A DNA stretch of 64,000 nucleotides from Perkinsela sp. CCAP 1560/9 (Eukaryota > Protista > Euglenozoa: Kinetoplastea): NCBI GenBank assembly GCA_965644495.1, contig CBFFSA010000004.1:558001-622000 (forward strand), written 5' to 3'. Positions 1 through 9,600 of the stretch are shown one piece after another. The position numbers were made by a program, and so were the translations under genes. The notes beneath the pieces are model-generated. The model searched no databases. It saw only the letters and a program-made list of their open reading frames with translations, and had not been told where the DNA came from. Position 1 is the first letter of the stretch. Each line of letters starts with the position of its first letter.

Positions 1-2379
1 TTCGATGGTCCGGGAACCAAAGGTAAGAATGCTTCCCGCATTGTAGCACCATTCCACATAGCAACCCAGTTTAGGGAAGTGGCGGCGCGCTAGGGCCGTA
101 AAAGAATCTCGCGAAACATTATTAAATGCGTTTTTTAGATCGACTTTACAAAGTATGAAGTCGTCGTCGTCAATGTGTTCAGCGATGGTCTTCCGGCAGA
201 GATGTATCACACGCTCTGAACCCGCAGGTGTGGCTACACCATACTGGTGTCCTTTGAAAAGTTTGCGGGCTTGTTCTTTAGCCGCGAAGCAGGCTACTTT
301 GCTTGTCAGGCGACGAAGAGTTTCCCCTGCGGCAATAGGGCGTACGTCACGTTCCCCTTTCTTCAGGGCGCACAACCGACCACCTGCATAGTGACCTTTG
401 ACTTCTAACGGCACTTTTCCTGCGAGCATGTGGTTGACGAACTTAGTGAGAGTGCCCAGAGGGTCGGTATAAGCGTCGTGATGATATTGCATGGCTGTCT
501 GAAGGTGCTCGGGTCGCAGACCAAAGGCCCCACCTGAGGACCCTCGGTGAAAGGTGGAAAGAGATTCGGCCACTTCTTCCTCAGTCGCTTTAAGTGGCTC
601 AACGTCCCGAGCCGGAAAGCAGTCCACGTTGGAGGTGGAGAGTCTGGGTGGGTGCTTAGACAGGAGTTTCGCATAGGTCGCTTCATCGTCAGGGGCGAGA
701 GGTTCAGAAGTCAGGGCAGTCATAGCGCGAGAAAGCTCCGAGTCGCGAACAAGCCGTTTAGCGCGTAAAGCCGCTTTCTTGATCTCTTCGTCAATGTCTT
801 GCGCTTGTGCTACACTTTTCTTTTTCCGTACGAGACTAGAAACCGCTTCGTTCCATAGCGCTAAGAATTCTCCATTGCGCCATCTAGCTAGACACTTCTT
901 CACATGGGAAGCGTACGACGATTTCGCGCGGTTACCTCCGCGGTGGGGGGCAGGTAAAACGCACTTGGGCAACATGGCGAGAAGCGTCCACGCTTGGAGT
1001 GTGTTTTCGCAGATCGCCGTGGATATACATCCACAAAGCGTCTTGGCCCATTCTTGTCGGCAGCGATCTGGGATGTCCTTGCAAGTATTTATTGGCAGAG
1101 CGCTCACGGAAGATAAACTCGGAAGGGGTAGATCGAACTGGGCGCTCTGACTTTCCGTGGATTGGTCAGCTGGTGCGGAGGCCGCGCGAAGATATGGTTG
1201 GGGGGTGTCATTGAGATGAGGATTCGCTGCAGGGATGATGTTGCTGCTCGGAGGGGTTGTCTGTGGGATTTGAGGTAGTGAACGGCGTGACGTGCAACTC
1301 TTCGTGTGCGTGTCCCGTTTGCCTAGGTCATAGTGTTTGTTGCACTCCTTGCAAAGAAAGCGACCTTCTTCTATCCACCACGTATCCGGGACCTGGTCCC
1401 CGTGTCTGTGGGCTATGTGGTTATAGAATGCTTGCCACTGCCCCCCGTGAGACAATGTTTTCCATGCGCATCCCTGGAAATGACACTTCCGTACGTTTAC
1501 ATTTTCGATGGATGCCTCTTCTCGTGTATGCCCTCTTCTCGTGGATGCCTCTTCTCGTGTAGCGTGGAGTGTCTTGGCTATGTGGTGGGGTTTCTCGGCG
1601 CCCATGGGCTCGGCGGGCCTGATTTTCGACACCTGGTGACGTTTACGTTTCCCTGGCGATGTGGTTCGGTTCCGTCCGTCGTGGAACATTTCTCCCGAGG
1701 AGCTGTCCACATGTTCTGTTACAGGAGTACATGGCCTGGAGGAGTTCAAAATGGAGTCTGTGTTGTCCCGGTCTTCGCTGTCCACCCCGGACTCGGCACT
1801 CAGCTCGACAGTAGCCCCGAGCCTCGTACTCAACTGGGAGAGAGTGATACCCTTCGGGCGTTTCTTCTTTTTGCGTCCTCTACAACTTTTGGCCACTGAG
1901 AAATCGAGATCCGGAGGTGTAAGATCGGGAAATGCTAACTTATTTTCCTCATAGTCGTATTCGGAGCGGCTCGACCTGAGGACCTTCCCCTTCACAGCCT
2001 GATTAGATTTTTTGAGCTGGCTGAGTGAAGATGGGTGGGTTCCTTCAAACTGAAACTCGGAACTCTCGGTCGACGAACTCACGGCCGGGAGGATGCTAGA
2101 GAAAAGTTCTTCTTTGGTGGCTGTGTTCTGGTGCCCTGTGTCTGGCGTTTCACCTTCTACCGAGTCTTTAATGTCGCGGGCAATCTTTTCGGCACGTTCC
2201 GACAATTCAGACGAGGTATCGGGTGGGAGAGGAGTGGTATATAGACTCTCATCGTATGTGCTTACTCCCTCGACGAGATGTTTGTTTGCTTCAAATTGAT
2301 TCCATGACCCTAGCTCATGCTCGTTCGCTTCTCGCTCGAAACCTGTGCCCTGCTTAGCTTTGGATCGGGTTGTGACCAT
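1..2379 (-). CDS. CRE-A polyprotein, 5' part: LsmAD-like domain, C2H2 and CCHC zinc fingers, RT N-terminal half (not in the ORF track because it runs off the window)
   Basis: Hand translation gives 793 codons with no stop: MVTTRSKAK...WNQFEANKHLVEGVSTYDESLYTTPL...CHFQGC...HIAHRH...CKEC...HTKSC...WTLLAMLPKCVL...RWRNGEF...GLRPEHL...DVRPIAAGETLRRL...QYGVATPAG...KVDLKNAFN. Confidence 0.92.
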   Translation of the reverse strand, partial: MVTTRSKAKQGTGFEREANEHELGSWNQFEANKHLVEGVSTYDESLYTTPLPPDTSSELSERAEKIARDIKDSVEGETPDTGHQNTATKEELFSSILPAVSSSTESSEFQFEGTHPSSLSQLKKSNQAVKGKVLRSSRSEYDYEENKLAFPDLTPPDLDFSVAKSCRGRKKKKRPKGITLSQLSTRLGATVELSAESGVDSEDRDNTDSILNSSRPCTPVTEHVDSSSGEMFHDGRNRTTSPGKRKRHQVSKIRPAEPMGAEKPHHIAKTLHATREEASTRRGHTREEASIENVNVRKCHFQGCAWKTLSHGGQWQAFYNHIAHRHGDQVPDTWWIEEGRFLCKECNKHYDLGKRDTHTKSCTSRRSLPQIPQTTPPSSNIIPAANPHLNDTPQPYLRAASAPADQSTESQSAQFDLPLPSLSSVSALPINTCKDIPDRCRQEWAKTLCGCISTAICENTLQAWTLLAMLPKCVLPAPHRGGNRAKSSYASHVKKCLARWRNGEFLALWNEAVSSLVRKKKSVAQAQDIDEEIKKAALRAKRLVRDSELSRAMTALTSEPLAPDDEATYAKLLSKHPPRLSTSNVDCFPARDVEPLKATEEEVAESLSTFHRGSSGGAFGLRPEHLQTAMQYHHDAYTDPLGTLTKFVNHMLAGKVPLEVKGHYAGGRLCALKKGERDVRPIAAGETLRRLTSKVACFAAKEQARKLFKGHQYGVATPAGSERVIHLCRKTIAEHIDDDDFILCKVDLKNAFNNVSRDSFTALARRHFPKLGCYVEWCYNAGSILTFGSRTIE

Positions 2380-2407
2380 AGGGCGTAAGAATGAGATAAA
2401 GAAAAGA

Positions 2408-2440
2408 CAACAAGGTACAGAAACTGTATCTTTATCGTTA
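2408..2440 (-). other. Spliced-leader exon copy at the element 5' end (TAACGATAAAGATACAGTTTCTGTACCTTGTTG)
   Basis: Shares GATACAGTTTCTGTAC and the terminal TTG with kinetoplastid 39-nt SL exons. It is followed by element sequence (TCTTTTC), not by a GT donor. Confidence 0.85.
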
Positions 2441-2461
2441 AAGATAACGATAATTAATGTA

Positions 2462-4473
2462 TTTTTTTTTTTTAAACAAGCAATCAAATTAGCAATTTCA
2501 CATGTTGTAGCCCAAAATTAGTAATTCAACCTGCCTTAAGTTATTTATGATTCTGATAACAATAATAATAAAAAAGGAAGCAATCCACGCCCAATCCATC
2601 CGCGCGTTCCGGACCGGGTCTTTCGACCACTCCACGGCCTGACTTGTGAACCCTTCCCTTGCTATACGGGAGGGCGCAGGCGCGGGCCTGTGTCGACAGC
2701 GACACGGTCGCGAAACAGGATGCTGGTCGACGGGGAGGAGATTCACTACCCGTGAACTACCTCACTTGGGGTACCTAGCCCTGACGGACTAGGCGTGAGC
2801 ATAGACTCTGTCGACCCGACCAGCATCCGTACCGGGAGTTTCCCACGAAAGTCACCTGGCCATACCCCTGGCCATACACAACGAGAGCCGGGTCGGCTTT
2901 TGCCGCGGGAAAACGTTGTATAGCGGCCAGATTTCGCAGGCGAGGAAGTCGTTGGGTGTGGCGAGTGATCCACTACTCCTCGTTCCCATGGCCTAGGAGC
3001 GCTGAATCAGGACCCACAGCAGGCCGGCGTAGGACGAGCATGCGGGCTTGGGATCTCATGAGGGTTACATTTAGGGATGTAAGCAACCGGTGTAGAGCAT
3101 CCCCTTTCGGTAAAATATCCCCGGAATTGGCATTGGATGCCCTACCTGCAGCAACCACCCTAAGGATCGACATTGCGCTAGGGCTCCACGAGCCAAACGA
3201 TTCTACCACCATGGCGGTAAACTTCATTCGCGCCGCTTCAGCCTCTTCTCGTTGTTTAGCCTTGTTGGCGGTCGCGTATTGCTCCGCAAACGACCCCGCC
3301 GTCACCCAGTTAGCGTCACGGACTGTGTCCGTATATTTTTTTTGCTGGACATGAGTGACAGCGAAGTCGAGTACGAGGGCCTGACCGCGACCGAAACTTC
3401 GGATGAATACGTCCCCAGGTCTGGTGAGAGCGCCACCCGGACCTATGTTCCCCAAACTCACTTCTCTTTGAGGGGCAAGCCCGGCCTTTGAACATTCCGC
3501 AGAGAATTGGGATACCAAGGCACTGTGCCGAGCAGTGATCCCGTGCCCGCATTTGCATGCCAGTGCGTGTTCACCCCCTGGGCCTAAGGGCTGTTTGCAC
3601 TTTTCCATGGGGCAGGGACGGAGGCCCGGGTAGATGGTTTCCCCCAGCCACCAACGGATTAACATGCGAAACTCCGTGGGGGCGTACGCAAAGCCGTTCT
3701 TTTTGGACGGCAACACGAAAGCCCACTCCGACGCCCCTTCTCCCGTTTCCGAGCTCCACCGAGCCCTCGTGCTTGGATCAGCGTGGGCGAGTGCGTGTTC
3801 GAACGTGTGGGATGAAATAGCATGGCTCAGATCCCTTTGTCGAGGTATGACCAATTTATTGTCTATTTCTTGGATCGGATTGGTTTGAAAGGGTTGGTGC
3901 TCTGAAGCGGCCGAGCTTTGTAGAATTTTGCCCGTTTCATTGTCAACGATATTCTTCCCTGCGCGTTTGTTCACGTCGATCACTGCCTCATCGAAATCTT
4001 TTGCGTCCGTTGGATCCCAAAAGTCTTTCTCCGCTGCGAAGGCGACTGAGGCCACATAAGCGGAGGCAGAATGCTCCTCAGCTGAACGGAGTCCCAAGCC
4101 ACCAAACCGTTTGCCTCTCTGTGCTTGGCGCCTTGCTGCGTCGCTGAATGGCCCGAAAAAGTGTGAGGTAGCATCTTGCACTGCGTCGTCGAGACGTCGG
4201 CAGAGATCCTGGAGCTCCGACGTTGGGGTAGTACGGAGTGAGTAGAGCATCTGACAGAAGCCCGTGCAATGCCGAATAAGTGAAAGGGCTACCTGGGGGT
4301 CCTCGAGGTTGGTAATGGCTTCCAGCGAGTCCTCTGCGTGTTCAATGGCGTTGTCAAGGAGAAATTGACGGCGGAACTCGGTTGTCCCTACAGGGCTACC
4401 TAACATATGGAAATTACCCTCAGTGTTTTTATTCGATCCAGGTAGGTCGGGGAAGACAGAAGAACGATGATGA
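2462..4473 (-). mobile_element. 5'-truncated CRE-A copy (RT C-terminus, CCHC finger and RLE, ORF 2973..~4473; structured 3'UTR; poly-A)
   Basis: Motifs GGLGL, CPMEKC...H...C, RH and RPGD...LDFAV. Poly-A tail at 2462-2473; the 5' flank is another A tract (T-run 4474-4496 on +). Confidence 0.9.
2589..2828 (-). ncRNA. Conserved structured 3'UTR RNA of CRE-A (cis element)
   Basis: Near-identical to 30847-31086 although the flanking ORFs have diverged. Contains a 13-bp closing stem and tetraloop hairpins. Confidence 0.65.
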
Positions 4474-4659
4474 TTTTTTTTTTTTTTTTTTTTTTTGCAC
4501 AAACATAGAACAAGCCGAATTCACTCCAAACAAACAAAATATAAAAAGGGGGTATTAAAAACTTCCGCGAAAAACGTTTGCGTGAAGATTTGAAAAAGTA
4601 AAATAAAAAAGGTCAAAAACACCTTCGATGAAGCTTCATCGAAGGTCCCCACTACCCAA

Positions 4660-5058
4660 CATCATCTGGTATTTTTATCTTATGTGCCGTCATTACTGTT
4701 TTTTTTGTGTTATCTTGTGTGCTTTTGGCCCGATTTCCGGAGTAACTTCAAAGATTCAGCATTGTAGACTTCCTACCCAATGTTCTTGGGCCATATATAT
4801 AAACTTTTAGAACTTGATAAAATTGATAACCATTGCACATACTCAGTTCCACTTTTTATCTATCTTTATCACCAATGTCTGTCCTAAGATGTTGCAACGT
4901 CTTGAGATTAAAACCAAATCATCATCTGGCATTTTAGCTTATGTGCCGTCATCACTGTTTTTTTGTGTGTTATCTTGTGTGCTTTTGGCACGATTTCCGG
5001 AGTAACTTCAAAGATTCAGCATTGCAGACTTCCTACCCAATGTTCTTGGGCCATATAT
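4660..5058. repeat. ~138-bp imperfect direct repeat (4660-4798 and 4920-5058)
   Basis: CATCATCTGG...TATGTGCCGTCA...CCGGAGTAACTTCAAAGATTCAGCATTG...GGGCCATAT is present twice. Confidence 0.85.
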
Positions 5059-5205
5059 TGCCGCAGTTGCGAGAAGATAGTGTATGCGGAGAATTTTTCA
5101 ATTTCCAATTGGAATGCTTCTCGAGTGTTTTCTACGTCTAGGCCTGCCCTATTTGCCAGTGTCTTGAGGAGTCCTATCCTATCCTATAAGACCGATTTGC
5201 ATCGG

Positions 5206-5900
5206 TTAAGAACACATCCGTTTTTGTCGTCGCTTCGACGTCTTTCTCTCAGGTGAATTCGCCCTTTCATGCTCCTTGTCCGCTGAACCGGGCGTGGTAC
5301 GTCTTTCATGCAACTTTGTATTTTTGGCATCACATTCCTCAGGCAAACACTCTTTCTTTTCAGGAGAATCCACTCCAGTCTCTACAGGTGGCGAGGTACC
5401 CTTTTTGGAGAGAGGATCACCTGCAATCTTGAAGTAATCCCGTCTTTTCCCTAATGGCTTAGGTATTTGGCCACAGTGTTTCCGAGGACGATTCATGGTT
5501 TGGACGGTTTCTGAGCTAACCCTTTGAGCTTCTAAGGCACTTGTCTTGAGGAGTTCCTTAGTTTCCTTGTGAAGAAGACCACAATCTGTTACTGGTATGC
5601 AGCGAAAGTATTCTTGGTCCAATCCTTTTTCCTGCACATATTTTCCTGCACATGTATTTTGCTCGTTCTAATACTTCCCGGAGATCACATAACCGTATGT
5701 ATGCATTTGGGGATTTAATCCTTTTGTTTATACCTATTCATTTCAAAAGTGGTCTTAAGCATAATTTTATCTTTGCAGAAATTTATCGCAGCATAATTTT
5801 ATCTTTTCAGAATTTTTATCGCAGTAGAATTTCATCGCAACGAAATTTATCTCAGCAAGAGTAAGAAAATAATATACAACAAGGACATCGTGGTAAATGC
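5206..5900 (-). pseudogene. Degenerate relic resembling the CRE-B RLE C-terminus
   Basis: YHDVLVV and FRCIPV...LHKETKELL resemble YYDFTVV and FRCIPILSGGSLHFNTKSLL of 51144..52631. The frames are broken. Confidence 0.4.
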
Positions 5901-6683
5901 GCTGCTCATTCGTCGGTGATTCCGGGTTGTCTCTTTCTTGGAGCGTTTGGTTTTTACCTTCACTTACAGCCTCTGCACGGTTTTCCGATTCGTCACTATG
6001 ATTGTTTGTTTGCAAAATTGTGTCTGCTGACCCTTCTGGCGGAAAACAAAATCTTTTCTTCCGCTGGTTATTCCGATAGCTTAAGCTTCCGGTGTGAACG
6101 GTGAGTCTTGGAGTTATTTCTCCCGTGAAATCCTATGAGCTCTCTACAGCAGGAAGTCACTTGTATGTGAGAAATGTTCACCTTCCCCCCTTCTCTCAAT
6201 TTACGAAGAGAAATCTACACCTACAACAGACGAACAGCAACCCAACTATCCAAGAACTATCCATTAAGATTTTCTTTTTCTTTTTCTTTTTCTCTTTATG
6301 ATGATGAAATATGGACTTTATATATTTTGTTTTGTAATTTTATCGCTTCAATGGAAGTTTGCAGCTCGGGTGGCGAGGTGCGCTAATCCCCAACGCTTCT
6401 ACTCTAAACCAACAGCCTAAACTACTGATTTACACTAGAAGCGCCCCTGGCCAGTAACGTGATCCTTTATTTCCTACATGCTCAATCTTCGTTCCGTGCT
6501 GTCCCATGGCATATATTTGCGCATCTGATCGTATACAATTAGGCCGTTCATTTCTTGGAGTATGAGTTTAAATTCGAGCGCCACGTGATACCTGCTTACT
6601 ACGATTAAATATAATTTCATTAAAATTTTTGCCTATTGAAAATTACAATGCATTACTGTGAAATCCTATGACAGGAAGCCACG

Positions 6684-9600
6684 GGCGAAACATCACCTTC
6701 CCCCCTTCTCTCGTGAGAGAAACTACCTCCAAAAATAACTAGAACAGAACTTACAAGTAAATGAATAAATAAATAGATAAATAAATACGCTAACCTGGAA
6801 ATGTCTATAAGTATTTCGTATTGGCGCTACCCCCCATTGTATGGGGGTAGTTCTAACTAAGCTTACGCGTCTTTGTAAGCTAAATCTTATAATTCTATAT
6901 ATTTAATATTTGACCTACGATAGTGCTTTGCTCATTTGAGAACACAGCACAGTGCCTTTTAACTCCTGGAGGTGCATTATGAAATCTTGCACAACGATAT
7001 CGCGATCACGCCCGCTAGCATCGGCCAGAGATTTCAGGAGAGCCAGGCCACTTTTGTTCATTGCTCCTCCGGCGAGTATTGATACGCATGTAAATTTTTC
7101 ATGAGGTATTAGATCCGAGTTAACATACGTGTCGACTTTGCGTTTTTCGGCTTCCTGCATTAGCTGATTGCTCCGTTTACCGAGATTCGTCTTGGATATT
7201 TCATTTATGATAGTGAGGTCATAGAATATCTCACCGGACGCCCAGTAAATTGCTAAGTCTGGTCCGCTGCGATGGAATGATGCGGTTCCACACTTTTTCT
7301 GATGTTCATGTTTGCGCTGTTCATTCACCGATTCATTACATTTCAGGCATCGATAAGTGGTGAATAGTCTCGGTTCCCGCTCGCATGGGACTCCGGTCTG
7401 AAGACAGAGGTCGTAAATATGACGAACGAGAGCATGATGTCGCGTTGTCGCATTTGCGCCTGTGCATTTAACGCAACCGAGCAAGTGTGCTAGAAAGTGT
7501 TTTGATTCGAGAATCATTTTGCATCCAGGGCATATGATTTTGTCCGGCATACTCTTGTGCGCAAGACCAAGTCGTGCCATCACCATTAGAGAGAATTGAG
7601 ATGATGGAATATATCTCGTTTTTCCTTGCAACCAACCGTGATTACCCTTTTCACTGCACGCCTTTACCAAAGGTGCCAACTCCTCGTTTTTCTTTGTGAG
7701 CTCTTGATACGTCTTCTGATTGAGCATAGCCTCCGTTGCGGGGCCATCATTTACTGATTCGCTGTCCTGCGCTTTACCTTCGTCGCACGTTAATCGAGCT
7801 GATTTTGGTTTACATTGCTCAAGAGAAACGCGTTTAGAAGAGTTGTACGCGGACGTACGAGAGTTAGTAGATGATGGCAGGCCGAGCCCACCTTTCTTCA
7901 GCGGCAACCGGCACCAAGCGATGTGTTTATCTGTCATTTTGCCAAGCCATGTGTTCAACACCGCTTCAACATCGCTGTCGAATTTTTTGCATAGTTTTTC
8001 CGATGCTATTGGTGTGTGTACCCGGGTGTGGTACCTATGTCTAATGTTTACGCTTTTCGATAGTAGAAGTAGTGATATGTTGTTTAAACCCATGCGCTTG
8101 AGACGTCGGAATATGGCTTCGTGCTTTTCAAGCTTCTGTGTCAGACATTCACTGACTACTTCGTCGTTGCCTATGTATGCACCTAGGGTCTTTGTCGCTG
8201 AATGCTTGATTTTCACTCCTTCTGCTTCAAGTTCTGCTGGGATTGGTATATCATGCTTTCCGCCAAACCACACGCATTTGTGTTTGGCCATTTTGACTCG
8301 TTTCTCCGCTAGGAGGCCGTGTAGGCGACTGAATGCATCAGCTAACGCTTGTTGGTCCTCAGATGCTAGGTTTATGTCGTCGATGAATGCGAAGATTTTT
8401 ACTTGTGGAAATTCCATTGCCAGGGTTTCTATGATAGGCTGCATAAATGCGCAAAAGTACAAGGTAGATAACGGAGATCCTTCTCGTACTCCAGCTGAGC
8501 TATATATCGTCTCGTAATGCTCACCGTTTTTTCCGTAATATAAAAGCTCAGAGGCCTCCGAATATTCCGCGTGAAAGAATCTACGAAAAGGGCGCAATGT
8601 GCATAGGCCGAAAACGACTTTTGCGATGTCGCTACGCATAGGCGAGTTAAAGGCATTAGCTAGATCGATTGATAGAATGGCTTTGCCTTCTTGATAATGG
8701 CTATGAAGACGGTGCACTACTTTTTCGCATCCAGACTGTACAGATACTCCAAATTGTAACGGGGCGAAGAGTTTTTCGAGTGTATGTTCGTGCCGTGCTA
8801 CTAATACGATTCCCGCCAGTTTCAGGAAGACTTCGCCTACGCAGATTGGTCTGACGCCTTTGTCTGCCTTTGGTAACGCTACCAAGCGTGCTCGTTTCAG
8901 ACGATTCATTACTTGTTTTGACAGAAGTCCATTTATCAGATCCGCAAACATATAACACATGGAGACGCAACAAATTTCGTCGTCCAAGAGGAGCCGAATT
9001 ATTGTGTCAGTGGTTCCCGTAGGTCCTGGTGCCGATCCTTTGTCAAGACGCCGACCTGCGTCCCTGAGTTCTTCGGTGGAAATGATGGCTATCTCAGGAG
9101 AGTCATCCGGGAGCTCAAAGTTTTCATGATTCTGCGGATGCAGGTCCCGTAGTTTGGCGCATACATCGTCGTCTGTTAGTTCCTGTGGTCGCACTTCCTG
9201 ATCTAGCACTTTTGTTGCCTTAGAGACACACCCTTCTAGGGCCAGGCGGGTCGCTTTTTTTATGGTGCGTGCTTCTGTTTTGCTCAGTTCCTCCGCATCT
9301 CCAGCGTTTTCGTCATCCGGGATCGGCCGTTTTCTTCTTCGCCGAATCGACGCGGTTCTCACTACTGTTAACGAGTGCTTCATTGCGGATAAGACCCTAT
9401 TCCAAATGTCGTTCCTGTCATCATACGAGTTGGTGGCGTAATTCCGCATAATGTCCCGGTAAATGGCTACGACACATGGTGCGAAATCGGCATGAATCGC
9501 TCGGAGCTTCGGCATCGGCGCTAAATCCAAATCTTCTTCAGTGTGTTGTGTGACGGGTGGGCTGGCAACCGGTATTGAGTTCATATGTTTATCCATAGCG

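Larger units (their letters stand above)
1..2440 (-). mobile_element. CRE-clade non-LTR retrotransposon (CRE-A), intact 5' end, continues beyond the left edge of the window
   Basis: SL-like 33-mer, 28-nt 5'UTR, ATG at 2379, then an uninterrupted ORF homologous to the 28479..30830 RT. Confidence 0.9.

Noticed and set aside
155-2299. Short + strand ORFs here and the many antisense or alternate-frame ORFs elsewhere
   Set aside because: Shadows of GC-rich element ORFs with no recognisable motifs.
2408-2440. Functional SL RNA gene
   Set aside because: The exon is not followed by a GT donor, intron or Sm site; it runs straight into element sequence.
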